64,000 bases of DNA from Parcubacteria group bacterium (GTDB lineage: Bacteria > Patescibacteriota > Minisyncoccia > Phycocordibacterales > UBA2135). The stretch covers positions 38,395 through 102,394 of the forward strand of contig JACPBB010000003.1 in assembly GCA_016180525.1 (NCBI GenBank), in the 5' to 3' direction. This document shows, one piece after another, positions 48,995-58,906 of this stretch. The notes below the pieces were generated by a model that was given only the letters and a program-made list of their open reading frames with translations, did no database searches and was not told where the DNA came from. Every line of letters begins with the position of its first letter. Positions within the stretch are counted from its first letter, which is position 1. Made by a program: the position numbers and the translations under genes.

Positions 48995-49957
48995 TTATTT
49001 TTTCGCTTGTATTTTATTGAGAATTTTTTTTACTTTTTCTAAGCTCTCCCAGTCGTATACGGAGATGGGTGTAACATGTTTATTAAGTTTCTTGAGCGTG
49101 AAAACTTTTTTCTTTACATCAGCAGCCGACACCATGTCACTTTTGCTTAAAAATACATATTCGGGTTTTTTCACAAGCTCTCCGCTATACGTCTTAAGTT
49201 CTTTTTTAATTACTCTGTAATCTTTTACCGGAGTCTTTGATTCCGCGGATATAAGGTGAAAAAGAATTTTTGTACGCTCAACATGACGCAAAAATTTCAT
49301 GCCCAAGCCCTTGCCGGAAGAAGCGCCTTCAATAAGTCCGGGAATGTCGGCGATAATAAGTTCATAATACACTCCAAGGTTCGGCTCAAGCGTGGTAAAC
49401 GCGTAATTCGCCACCTTACTTTTTGCTTTGGTAAGTTCATTAAGTAAGCTTGATTTTCCGGCATTTGGCAGTCCGATTAATCCCACGTCGGCAATAAGTT
49501 TTAAATTGAGACGCACCGTGAAATGCTCTCCAAGTAACCCTTCTTGAAATTGCCGCGGGCTCGTGTTTTTTGATGAACGAAAGAGGAAATTCCCTTTTCC
49601 CCCATGCCCGCCTTTTGCGACGAGAATTTTTTCACCGACTTTAAGCAATTCCCAAACTTCATTTGTCTCAACCTTTGTGATAACTGTCCCTACGGGTATT
49701 TTTAATATAAGATCATCGCCATCGGCTCCGTCGTTGCATTGCGCCTTGCCATTCTCTCCTCCTTCTGCTTTTTGGTCTTTTTCATATCTAAATTGATCAA
49801 GCGAACCAAGATCAGAAACGCCTTCAAAATAGACACTGCCGCCAGCGCCCCCGGAGCCACCAGTCGGCCCCAGACTCATTGCCTGCTTATTAAAAGCAAC
49901 GGCTCCCCTGCCGCCGTTTCCCGCAGAGACTTTTATGGTTACATCGTCAATTAACAT
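48995..49957 (-). CDS. obg: GTPase Obg/CgtA
   Basis: Obg-fold N-terminus 'DDVTIKVSAGNGGRGAVAF' with Gly-rich repeats; G-domain 'GLPNAGKSSLL', 'DIPGLIEGA', 'SKSD'. Confidence 0.85.
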   Translation of the reverse strand: MLIDDVTIKVSAGNGGRGAVAFNKQAMSLGPTGGSGGAGGSVYFEGVSDLGSLDQFRYEKDQKAEGGENGKAQCNDGADGDDLILKIPVGTVITKVETNEVWELLKVGEKILVAKGGHGGKGNFLFRSSKNTSPRQFQEGLLGEHFTVRLNLKLIADVGLIGLPNAGKSSLLNELTKAKSKVANYAFTTLEPNLGVYYELIIADIPGLIEGASSGKGLGMKFLRHVERTKILFHLISAESKTPVKDYRVIKKELKTYSGELVKKPEYVFLSKSDMVSAADVKKKVFTLKKLNKHVTPISVYDWESLEKVKKILNKIQAKK

Positions 49958-49980
49958 GAAAAATTATTATTTGTTAAAAA

Positions 49981-50010
49981 CATTCCAACATTCTATAGAA
50001 TATTGGAATG
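49981..50010. repeat. Palindromic element, member 3 of the 'AACATTCCAA' family; flanked by A5/T6 runs (bidirectional terminator-like)
   Basis: aaaaa-cattccaacattcta-t-agaatattggaatg-tttttt (one mismatch in the stem). Confidence 0.55.
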
Positions 50011-50055
50011 TTTTTTGCCAATTTGTTAAAGTTAACAATTTAGATTTTTTATACA

Positions 50056-50418
50056 CTACTCGTCACAAGCCAAGCCGTTCTGATCTTTATCTAAATAAAA
50101 AATATCGGTCCCAAGCACCTCTACTTTTCCAGTATAATTTGGTCCGTCTCCACCGCTTCCGTCGCAATCATAATCACCAATGTCGTCTAGGAGACAGCCG
50201 GAGTAATTAGGGTTGCATAGGCGCACTCCGCCAGAATTTGTTGAGCTCTGCGAAGAGCGTCGCGGAAGCAAAATTCTCTCATCTTGGACCGGTTTAACGG
50301 TATTTGACTGCTCCTCCTGCGGGAGTTCAGGCGGCTTGCTTAAAATCACCATAATAGCGAACAACATACCGGCAAGGCCTAAACTAAATAAAATTATGAG
50401 AACTTGATTTTTAAACAT
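50056..50418 (-). CDS. Secreted protein with Excalibur-like calcium-binding motif
   Basis: Signal anchor plus 'DYDCDGSGGDG' and 'DKDQNGLACDE' (D-x-D-x-D-G-x-x-C-E). Confidence 0.45.
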   Translation of the reverse strand: MFKNQVLIILFSLGLAGMLFAIMVILSKPPELPQEEQSNTVKPVQDERILLPRRSSQSSTNSGGVRLCNPNYSGCLLDDIGDYDCDGSGGDGPNYTGKVEVLGTDIFYLDKDQNGLACDE

Positions 50419-50502
50419 AAAAGTATACGTATATAGTACCCCAAATCACATTATTTCTATAATAAGTTTCCACAGCATCCTCAAAATATTGCCTTATGTA
50501 TT

Positions 50503-50778
50503 TTATGTAACCTCTTCTCTCGCGGCAATTTCTGCCTGTAATTCATTAATTTCAATCCGAAGCTCTTGTATTCGCTCTTCGTTGCCTTTCGACTCTTCTT
50601 CCAATGTTTTAAGCTCTGTCAATCTCTCTTCCAGCATTTCTTTAAGCGCAGGAATTTGCCCTATCATTGCTTCAAAATCCTCCGGGGACATTTCCGGAGT
50701 TGGCTCTGTTTCTTGTTTTGAACTAAAAGATATTCCTTCGCGTGACATATTTTTTAAAATTATTTTATTCCTGCTCAA
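50503..50778 (-). CDS. Small coiled-coil protein, hypothetical
   Basis: 91 aa, heptad-rich acidic C-terminus. Confidence 0.3.
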   Translation of the reverse strand: MSRNKIILKNMSREGISFSSKQETEPTPEMSPEDFEAMIGQIPALKEMLEERLTELKTLEEESKGNEERIQELRIEINELQAEIAAREEVT

Positions 50779-50781
50779 AAC

Positions 50782-50851
50782 TGCCGGCCAGGGACTCGAA
50801 CCCCAATACCCGCCTCCAAAGGGCGGTGTCCTACCATTAGACGAGCCGGCA
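50782..50851 (-). tRNA. tRNA-Gln (anticodon TTG)
   Basis: Hand-folded: acceptor TGCCGGC/GCCGGCA with U1:A72, U8, D-arm GTCT-AATGGTA-GGAC, anticodon arm CCGCC-CTTTGGA-GGCGG, T-arm TGGGG-TTCGAGT-CCCTG; no encoded CCA. Confidence 0.7.
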
Positions 50852-50867
50852 ATAAGATTGTCGATAT

Positions 50868-51167
50868 TTAACTCTTTTTTCCTCTGCTTCCTTGCGTATA
50901 TTTTTTAAATATAGGGTCAGTTTCAAGGAGCTCTTCAACTTTAAGTCGTAATCCGAATGCGCGTGCAACATCCTGGGGACTCATGTTTCCATGACGAACC
51001 CGCTCAATTATTTTTATCAATTCTTCCGGTGTATATTTTTTTTGACTTTCCTCTACTACTACGCCTATATTGTTTATAACTTCATACAACGCGTCAAACG
51101 AAACCGCTTTCTCAACGGCTTCATCTTTTTCAATATCTGGACCCTCTATAAAATCCTCAAGTGACAT
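50868..51167 (-). CDS. Hypothetical small protein
   Basis: 99 aa; a possible HTH-like segment 'MSPQDVARAFGL'. Confidence 0.3.
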   Translation of the reverse strand: MSLEDFIEGPDIEKDEAVEKAVSFDALYEVINNIGVVVEESQKKYTPEELIKIIERVRHGNMSPQDVARAFGLRLKVEELLETDPIFKKYTQGSRGKKS

Positions 51168-51359
51168 ATAAAAGCACTTCGTCTTATATAAGCTCCTCGG
51201 CTCAGAAATGAAAAATCTGATGAATTTTTCATTTCTCTCACTCTACGTCGCTTATAAATAGAGAATACATTTAATTATCCTTAAAATACACCAAAAATCA
51301 AGGAATACTTATCGTATAGAAAATCCCCACATCTATGTATAAGATGCGGGGACAAAAAA

Positions 51360-51896
51360 TTAATCAATATGAGAATGAAACACCTCTCTGAATTTAGATA
51401 GCTTTCTCCTAGTGGCCGCGACTTGTGCTGCGGGAAGATATCTGTTCGCTAATCTCATAAGCTCATCTTCCGTAGAGCTAGACTGGCCTGCAGTATCATT
51501 GCAATAATTGTCTACTAACGCGTGTACTTCTTCGGGCAATAAACCTCTCCTCAAATACACGTGAGCAACATCCTCAATACACCCGATGAAACCACTTTTT
51601 GCAAGCTCCGCAACAACTTTTTCAACAACAGAACGAGAAGCTCCATACTCTAAGAAGTAAGAAGCTTGACCGTGCGCTTCATGATTCAGTCTTGATTGCT
51701 TATACAATTCCAAACACTTCATAACCACCGCATCAACAACTGTAGTCGAAACCTTCCTGTAAGCAAGAATGCTATGAATAGCGGCATAGTTCGGTCCAGA
51801 AATAGGATCTTCTCTTTTTGATCTTTCGTCATCAAAGAGTATTTTGATAATCTCCAAAATTATTTTTTCCTCTTTTCTAGAAACTGATTTCCTCAT
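51360..51896 (-). CDS. Hypothetical protein
   Basis: 178 aa, helical; no motif. Confidence 0.3.
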   Translation of the reverse strand: MRKSVSRKEEKIILEIIKILFDDERSKREDPISGPNYAAIHSILAYRKVSTTVVDAVVMKCLELYKQSRLNHEAHGQASYFLEYGASRSVVEKVVAELAKSGFIGCIEDVAHVYLRRGLLPEEVHALVDNYCNDTAGQSSSTEDELMRLANRYLPAAQVAATRRKLSKFREVFHSHID

Positions 51897-52022
51897 TACG
51901 CACTCCTTTATTTAGACAAATCTGTTTTCTATATTCATTAATACAAAAAAGAACCCACAAAGTCAATAAAAAACGGGTCTTCCAGAGGAAGACCCGTACT
52001 AAAAAGAACTATAAAGAACTAT

Positions 52023-53696
52023 TTATTCGCGTGCCCAGATGGAACCCAATGCTTTTTGAAGTTCCTCCGGCCACTTTTGCGGTTCCAAGGCGTTTACCCA
52101 GACCACCGTAGAACGGTGAATATCGGTAATCGCGATTTCAGGAACGGTTCCTGAAACGACCCCTGTTGCGGTACTGCCGCCTTTTTGTTTTTGTGTCACG
52201 ACCGTCGTCATCCAGAAGAACCGTTCTTTTGAGACGCCGTTTACATCCGGAAGCACCCGAATGTAGGGACGATGTTCAACGGGCGTGTTTTGCGTCCAAT
52301 CGTAATTTTTCTTTGAATTGCGCACATAGTCGGCAACTGCGCTCACTCCAATCGCGGACTCACCGTGTTTGAAGTGCCGGTACGCATATTGCGGACCAAC
52401 GCCGTCTGCCGAGACAAAGAAGCTTGTTGAAAGCCCCTGCTTGCCCGTGTCATACGGCTCAAGCGCAAAGTACTGATAGAGTTTCCCCGCCTCCCCTTTC
52501 TTCATGTTGAAGTAGAGAGTAAAGGGCTGTTGATTCATGTCGTCGGGCAAGTCAGCGATCCGCAGATCCCCGACACGATTACCCGGCAAGGGTCCCAGAA
52601 AACCTTCCTGGAACCGCAAGCTTTTTGCCATGAACCGTGACACCGCATACGGCATCACATTCTGCCCTTTCAGAAACTCATGTTTGCCAATCTCTTCAGG
52701 TGGAATCCATTCCCCGCATCCTTTAAGAATGTATGGAATGAAATCAAGCGCCGCTTCCCACGAGTAGTCGTGGTCACTTTGCCTGATTACCTGAACGCCG
52801 CCAAATTCCGGCCAAGGAAAGAAGATGCCTTCCCACTTTATGAGTGTGACAACTTGAACCCACTTGCCGGCATCATCTTTCATGAAGAGGATGTTGCCCG
52901 GCTCGTAGTTTAAGAATCGCCACAGGCCAAATGAACGGCGTGTGCATGTGGTGGCATTTCGTGAAAACGGAAGCTGCTCACCTGCGGTAAACGAGACACC
53001 GTCCCGATGCTTTTTTGAAAGCTCCGGAGAAGCAGATGTCGCAGGCAAATGCACCACTTCCTGAACCTTTCCTAAAAACCGCTGCACAAAGTATGTCGGT
53101 GCAATCGCTGAGGTCCATTCATACCGATCTCCCGTACGCACCATGTTCGGCGGCGTTGCCACCTCCGTTTCATTGATGCGTTCGTTTACGAGCGTGTGGA
53201 CACTGTTTAACGGCAGTATCCGCTCGTAATCAGTAATCGGCAATGTCTGAAGATCAACAATCTTTAAAGTTTCATACCTCCAGTATGAAGTAATGTAATG
53301 ATTTACCTCCTTACCCAAGACGACGATGGCAACGCCTGCGCCACATGCAAGGAGTGACACGAATGCCCTCCAGCGCGCCGAGCGTTTTCTCACAATCATC
53401 CAGGCAAGAGACATGACAATGAGCACCGTAAGCAAGCTTCCGAGATATATTCTTCCGGTAAGCGCAAACGGCTGAACAAAATTGCGTTCTACATACATGC
53501 CACCGACAACAAATGCCGACAGAATGAATGTGAGAATAGGACGATTTAGAAAAGCCCTACCCAGTGCACGAATCGGACCAAATATCATATTCCAGGGAGA
53601 CCATGACGCTTCACGCCATGCCCCCTTTTCCGCTGCGGATATTGTTTCTTTTGCGTCCACCTGCTCACCTTGCGGTTCAAGCGGAGTGTCGTTCAT
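52023..53696 (-). CDS. Operon gene 6/6: membrane protein (3 N-terminal TM) with large about 400-aa C-terminal domain, unknown function
   Basis: ATG overlaps the upstream stop as TAATG; GC about 50%. Confidence 0.4.
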   Translation of the reverse strand: MNDTPLEPQGEQVDAKETISAAEKGAWREASWSPWNMIFGPIRALGRAFLNRPILTFILSAFVVGGMYVERNFVQPFALTGRIYLGSLLTVLIVMSLAWMIVRKRSARWRAFVSLLACGAGVAIVVLGKEVNHYITSYWRYETLKIVDLQTLPITDYERILPLNSVHTLVNERINETEVATPPNMVRTGDRYEWTSAIAPTYFVQRFLGKVQEVVHLPATSASPELSKKHRDGVSFTAGEQLPFSRNATTCTRRSFGLWRFLNYEPGNILFMKDDAGKWVQVVTLIKWEGIFFPWPEFGGVQVIRQSDHDYSWEAALDFIPYILKGCGEWIPPEEIGKHEFLKGQNVMPYAVSRFMAKSLRFQEGFLGPLPGNRVGDLRIADLPDDMNQQPFTLYFNMKKGEAGKLYQYFALEPYDTGKQGLSTSFFVSADGVGPQYAYRHFKHGESAIGVSAVADYVRNSKKNYDWTQNTPVEHRPYIRVLPDVNGVSKERFFWMTTVVTQKQKGGSTATGVVSGTVPEIAITDIHRSTVVWVNALEPQKWPEELQKALGSIWARE

Positions 53697-54376
53697 TACA
53701 GTCTCCCTCTTTTTGTGAAGTTGGCAATGATTTCCTGCGCACTCGACTCTATCTTTATCTCTGCAGGAGCCAAGGTTGCCTTCAGCGTCTCTGCCGGAAT
53801 TTCTGGTTTAGACACCACTACAGGAGTTTCCTCTCGGTGTACGCTGAAGACATATTTTTTCCAGAACGAAAGGAGCCGCGATGGAGCTGAAGTGAGAAGC
53901 CCTTTTGAGACAGCCACAAGCTCTTCGCCTTTCTCTTCCGCTTCTTTCTTTACCGCGTTTAAGTCAATGTGTTCTGCCCTTTCAGTCGCCGTATCAATTA
54001 CCTCAAACACCTCTTCTCTTCGCTGAAACAGGCGATAGAAGGGATTTCCAAGGGCAAGTCCGATAAGCATCGCCGGCACCTCAACAAGCCAGAGGATAAT
54101 TTCTGCCAATAGATTTATATCATGTCCCCAGATCATGTAGATGCTCTGGGCAGTTGAAATCAGAAACGCAATTGTCGCTTTTCGGTGAGTCTTTTGGTTG
54201 TACATGAACCCCCGCACGACCTCTGGCGGTATGGGCTCCTTGTGACAAATATCATAGAGCCACCGGTATACATGAATGCCATACGTTCTGTCAAGGAAAT
54301 ACCACGCAACTCCCAAAATCATGTAAAGCACGATGCATGTGAGCGCGTAATTCCATACGTTGAGAACTGCCTGCAT
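53696..54376 (-). CDS. Operon gene 5/6: membrane protein (4 TM) with cytoplasmic C-terminal region, unknown function
   Basis: Start chosen at MQAVLNV (AGGAGGG RBS 8 nt upstream) rather than the longer ORF to 54448. Confidence 0.4.
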   Translation of the reverse strand: MQAVLNVWNYALTCIVLYMILGVAWYFLDRTYGIHVYRWLYDICHKEPIPPEVVRGFMYNQKTHRKATIAFLISTAQSIYMIWGHDINLLAEIILWLVEVPAMLIGLALGNPFYRLFQRREEVFEVIDTATERAEHIDLNAVKKEAEEKGEELVAVSKGLLTSAPSRLLSFWKKYVFSVHREETPVVVSKPEIPAETLKATLAPAEIKIESSAQEIIANFTKRGRL

Positions 54377-54393
54377 GGTCGGTCCCTCCTTTC

Positions 54394-55650
54394 CTAGGGT
54401 TGGAGCATGAGCGGAGTGTAGTTTGCCGCAAGATATCCGGCAACCCACTCACGCTTTGCTTTTCCGAATTTTTTATAACAATTCAGGAAAAAGTTTTTAT
54501 CGTGGGTGTAAAGCTCAAGAATATTTCTCGGCTCACATCTGGTCAGCAATATCCACAGTACATCCTGCGTTGCTGGATGCAGATGTGATGCCGGCTCAGC
54601 AAGAAAGAACGAGAGTTCATCCGAGAGCTCCGGCAGAGTTTTCTTTGCAAGAGCCATCGCGATAAATCTTTCCAGCTCAAAGTACATTTCAGGAATATTT
54701 TTCTTATGTTTTCCGACAAGCTGCTTTCGTTGCGTTGACGTAAGATTATCCCAGTCAATATTTTTTTCAAGATCAAGTAGAGAATGCGCCAGCAAAACCT
54801 CTTTTTTCCGAATGAGCAAATCCGGCGTTTCCTTATATCGATCGGGTATAGAGATCCACCCCGCGTCCCAGAGGAAACGGAGCAGTCCATAGTCCTTCTC
54901 GTAGAGGAAAAACAGAATCGTGCCATCCGGTACCGAAGTCTCGCTATAGAGAGCTTCATCTTCAAGAATAAGTACATCATTTCCATCTGCTCCGCGGAGC
55001 ACTGCTGCCCCGCCGAAAGCAGTCGTGTAGAAATCCTGAAAGGCGCCAAAGTCTGACATCCGCTCGATAACCACTCGACGCCTTCTCAAATCGCCATGAA
55101 TCCGTGCGTGTTCGCGGATTTTTTCCTGAACTTCCGAATTCAGACAATTTGTTCCTTCAAAAAAAGCATCAATGAGCTTTTGTTGTTCAATCGCCGCTTT
55201 AGAAAGCTCGCCCGCGTCTATTTTGGGCACGATTGAATTCAGAAGGAGAAGATCAGCCGGACTTTCAAAACTTGCAAGCTGGTTGTCAAAATCAATGACA
55301 AGTCCGTGTGTTGCGGTAATATCCGCGATCTCGCGAAAATTACCGTCAAATACGGAACGCAACATCCGGCGCATCCATGAGTATGTCGGAAAATATACCG
55401 GCTTTTTGAATTGCGCTTGAGATACGATAATCGCCATCGGATTGGCCACATCGTGGCAGAGATAAAAGGTGTTTCCTTTTTCCTCCGCCACTTCAGGGCT
55501 CCATCCCGCTCCATCAATATTAATCCGCTTCAGTCTTGTCGGCTCAATGCCCGCAATGCGCAAACATTCGTTATAGCGGTCCACAAGCTCCCTGCTGTCA
55601 AGCGGAACAAGTCCCGCATAGAGGAGCTTGTTGCCTATCAACTGTTTCAT
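54394..55650 (-). CDS. Operon gene 4/6: 418-aa soluble protein, unknown function
   Basis: Start overlaps the AAA gene's stop (ATGA); no motif. Confidence 0.4.
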   Translation of the reverse strand: MKQLIGNKLLYAGLVPLDSRELVDRYNECLRIAGIEPTRLKRINIDGAGWSPEVAEEKGNTFYLCHDVANPMAIIVSQAQFKKPVYFPTYSWMRRMLRSVFDGNFREIADITATHGLVIDFDNQLASFESPADLLLLNSIVPKIDAGELSKAAIEQQKLIDAFFEGTNCLNSEVQEKIREHARIHGDLRRRRVVIERMSDFGAFQDFYTTAFGGAAVLRGADGNDVLILEDEALYSETSVPDGTILFFLYEKDYGLLRFLWDAGWISIPDRYKETPDLLIRKKEVLLAHSLLDLEKNIDWDNLTSTQRKQLVGKHKKNIPEMYFELERFIAMALAKKTLPELSDELSFFLAEPASHLHPATQDVLWILLTRCEPRNILELYTHDKNFFLNCYKKFGKAKREWVAGYLAANYTPLMLQP

Positions 55651-57659
55651 TCCCTTCCTCCTACGTGTTTTGAGGCTGGTCTCTTATGCACTTCGCCATA
55701 GCGAGACGTAGCATCATCTCTTACTTTCATTTGTTTTACGGTATCTTCCACTTCGCGATTATACGACGCGTCAAGGATTGAAACCATGGTATTGAGATAT
55801 TTGAATGTCTCTTCATAGAGCAACTCATGGAACTTAAGTCCTCCCATGTGTTCTAACATCAATTTCACAATCATATCTTTCTTTGTATCATACGGATGAA
55901 CAACGAAGCTTTCACGCTTCGTGAGCCATTCTTCCGGAAAATCAAAATCCAGAAGCCGCGAACCGACAGCAACCTGAATGTTGCGTACGTCCCGCGAGGA
56001 GAAAAACGGATATTCCTGCTGCAGCTTTACAAAAAGCGCGGCATAGAAATCATGTTCATGCGGATTGTGCTCACTCTTAACCTCATCAATAATGCGAGCC
56101 AATTTACGGTCTCGCACGGTTTCGAGCGCTTCAACCGTCCGTTCAACCGTATTTTTGAATTTCTGGCCGGAAAGATATTCGTAATCACCCGGCCATTCTA
56201 AGTTAACAATGTTACTCTTATATTTATCATACCCACCTGTCCACAGTCTCATTTGGTCAAGAAAGTCCGCGCGTGTCCGGGCTCCGTCAACATCCATGCG
56301 ACCCAAAACACGCGAGAGCACGGCTTTATCCACCTGCTCCGGAATGTTCGTGGCGAACATGATGATGACATTGCCTCGATTAATCGCGGAAGCTCCCTCG
56401 GTTCTCCGAAGAAAGACCCCGATTATTTCACGCACACCCGATGAAACGCCTTGCATGCTCCTATCCTGAAAACTGTTTTCCGCGTCATCAACCGGCGCGA
56501 GCAATAGCTCATGCGAGTTAGAGAGTGGCGCCATCCAGTTTTCCATATTTTCGGCCGAACCGCCCTGAAACGTCGAAACAATAGCGTTCGGGAACGGATG
56601 CGGACGAAATGGAATATTAAGCGCATCACAGTAATCTTTTACCATCGTGAGAATCGCCGCGATGAGAAGAGTTTTACCGGTACCCGGAATGCCTTTCATG
56701 AGGTAAATCCACGGGAAACCGCCAAGCTCAACCATGGGGTTCATTTTCTTTTCAAAATCATAGGCAATGAGCGCTTGCGCAAGCCGATACGCGTATAGTT
56801 TCGCGATGCGGTTGCCCACAATCGTGTTGATATCAACACGTTTAAATTCAACGGCAACATGAGCACCAAAGGCGTCTCCATGGAAGCCATTTACAGAAAA
56901 CGTCGTTTTCTCAAGACGATAGTTGCGCTCTGTATACTGTTCCGTGTGCTTTAGAGATTGCGATTTACCTTTGATTTCCTCAAGTACTGCCGCAAAGTAA
57001 AGCTCGGTCATCTTTCGAAAATCAACACCTGTGAGCACTCCTCCACTTTTTAGGTACGAACCTAAGTGGAAGAGCGTGCATTGCATTGCCGAGAGCTGGC
57101 CCGAAAGTGAAATCATCTCGGGCAACCCGCGGAATGAAAGTGCTGATTCGGATATATCCGCTTCCTGAGAACTCTGTTGAAGTTTCCATACGATGAAGTA
57201 TGAGAGCACGAACGCCGTGATGGCCGCGTGCGTCTCCGACTTATCGCGGAATTCAACTTGCTCCATTTGCGTAGTCAGCTGATTCTTACTGTTTCTTTCA
57301 CGAAGTGTCTCGAGCCCGGATACTTTCGCATACAAGCTCGCAACATGAAGTGCGATGCACAATCCTGTGCGCATTACGTTAAGCGTCTGATTTACGTGCT
57401 CATTCATGAGTTCATCGCCGCCGCCAATGGGGCGTGCGACATCAAGGATTGAAATAGTTTCGTTTCGTGAACTATCCCGTGAAGCTGGTTTCCATCCTAT
57501 TGGCTTCTGTGGTGATTTTACCTCAAGCTCACTCTGAAGTTCAGCGACACTGCGACGCGGGTCCCATTGAACCGACTTCAGCAGATTTGTCGCTTGCTTT
57601 AAGTAATGCGCGAGTTGTTCTCGCGTGACGGGAATTTCAGAAGCGGTGTTAGCCGACAT
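55647..57659 (-). CDS. Operon gene 3/6: AAA+ ATPase (classic AAA clade) with about 330-aa N-terminal domain of unknown function
   Basis: Walker A 'GIPGTGKTLLIAA'; sensor-1 region 'VIIMFATNIPEQVDKAVLSRVLGRMDV' (the ATN-x-P-x-x-hD-x-A-h-x-R-x-GR pattern of classic AAA). Start set at MSANTASE, with AGGAGGG 7 nt upstream. Confidence 0.6.
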   Translation of the reverse strand: MSANTASEIPVTREQLAHYLKQATNLLKSVQWDPRRSVAELQSELEVKSPQKPIGWKPASRDSSRNETISILDVARPIGGGDELMNEHVNQTLNVMRTGLCIALHVASLYAKVSGLETLRERNSKNQLTTQMEQVEFRDKSETHAAITAFVLSYFIVWKLQQSSQEADISESALSFRGLPEMISLSGQLSAMQCTLFHLGSYLKSGGVLTGVDFRKMTELYFAAVLEEIKGKSQSLKHTEQYTERNYRLEKTTFSVNGFHGDAFGAHVAVEFKRVDINTIVGNRIAKLYAYRLAQALIAYDFEKKMNPMVELGGFPWIYLMKGIPGTGKTLLIAAILTMVKDYCDALNIPFRPHPFPNAIVSTFQGGSAENMENWMAPLSNSHELLLAPVDDAENSFQDRSMQGVSSGVREIIGVFLRRTEGASAINRGNVIIMFATNIPEQVDKAVLSRVLGRMDVDGARTRADFLDQMRLWTGGYDKYKSNIVNLEWPGDYEYLSGQKFKNTVERTVEALETVRDRKLARIIDEVKSEHNPHEHDFYAALFVKLQQEYPFFSSRDVRNIQVAVGSRLLDFDFPEEWLTKRESFVVHPYDTKKDMIVKLMLEHMGGLKFHELLYEETFKYLNTMVSILDASYNREVEDTVKQMKVRDDATSRYGEVHKRPASKHVGGRE

Positions 57660-58827
57660 GTTCGACCCTCCTTTCTTCCTGGTCGTATGCCAAAAACTGC
57701 ACATCTCCGGAGAATTCCGGAAATAGCGCGCGATCTTCGGCGGTTAAGTGTTGGCGAAACCGGTGCGGCATGAGCGCGAAACGAGTCATAGATGTTGACC
57801 CGCGTCTCACAAGCTCGCGATCCGTCTTTGGCACGTGGAAAATTTGTCGTGCCTTCTTTTTTCCAAGCGAGAACAACGAGTCAGGCATTTTTTCCTTTGT
57901 TGACTGCACAATTTCAGTCTCAAACAGTAGCACAAAATCTTCTGGCAAGAGATGCGTGTCGTCAAAACAATTCTGCATCCTTACCAGAAAGCTTTTCTGA
58001 TTTGTTTCAACACTGGAAAAAAGCGGCGAATAAACGGGGCCGATTCTGTTTCGCTTTATGACTATCGGATAGATATTCGGCAAAATTTCGTCAAGTCGAA
58101 TACCGACAGCGCGAAGCTCCTCTGGAGCTCGCTCACCGATGTGCTCAACGGCCTCCAGGAGACCAATGAGTTCAGGGCCCCCCTCTTCAAGTGGTAGAGT
58201 TCCGTTTTCCATCTCATGCTCAAAAAGCATAAGATAGACATACGGCAAGTTGGTTGCCGAATCATAGCATGCCCAAGAAAAATAGTACGCTTTCCGATTT
58301 TTATTCCGAATTGGAACATCTTCTGGAGCGCGATATACTTTTCCCGGAGTGAATTTGAAGAACATGGTTCGTAGATCAAGCATTTCAAGATATGTCCGGT
58401 CTGCACACTGCCACAGTAAATCAGCGAGTTTCTGATTATTTAATTTCTGTTTCTCCGGAGATGCTTCCTGTATCATCAATATATTGAGTATTTTTTCCTT
58501 CAATTTTTGAGAAGGTAGGAATTTTGGCAACCGTTCATCCCGCGTAGACAAGTCAGCGAACAGCTGACTGATATCCATCCACATCGGAAACCCCGAATCC
58601 GCGATCTCGAGCTCGTCCGTAGATTTCCAGCTGGGGCTATGCACATGTTTGAGTTGCAGCGCCTCTACTGTTTTTTGCAATTTACCCATATAAATCGCCA
58701 TTGATTCAAATTCAGAACTTTTGACGTTGCCATAATATATTCCGAGCATAGAAAATGCGCGGGCGAGCAAGCGTGTATACGCACTATAATCAATGCGTTG
58801 CGCAGTAGTTTTCTCTCGAGCCGTCAT
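57649..58827 (-). CDS. Operon gene 2/6: 392-aa soluble protein, unknown function
   Basis: Overlaps the AAA gene start by 11 nt; no motif. Confidence 0.4.
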   Translation of the reverse strand: MTAREKTTAQRIDYSAYTRLLARAFSMLGIYYGNVKSSEFESMAIYMGKLQKTVEALQLKHVHSPSWKSTDELEIADSGFPMWMDISQLFADLSTRDERLPKFLPSQKLKEKILNILMIQEASPEKQKLNNQKLADLLWQCADRTYLEMLDLRTMFFKFTPGKVYRAPEDVPIRNKNRKAYYFSWACYDSATNLPYVYLMLFEHEMENGTLPLEEGGPELIGLLEAVEHIGERAPEELRAVGIRLDEILPNIYPIVIKRNRIGPVYSPLFSSVETNQKSFLVRMQNCFDDTHLLPEDFVLLFETEIVQSTKEKMPDSLFSLGKKKARQIFHVPKTDRELVRRGSTSMTRFALMPHRFRQHLTAEDRALFPEFSGDVQFLAYDQEERRVEHVG

Positions 58828-58906
58828 TTGTCTCCTCCGTGTTTGGGGTTAGTAGAAAAACAGGGGCCCGAGAGCCCCTGTGAAGACGCGTTGAGAGCAA
58901 TATGCA

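Noticed and set aside
51360-51896. RecX-like assignment for the 178-aa protein
   Set aside because: The resemblance rests only on helical-repeat character and size. No conserved RecX residues could be aligned from memory.
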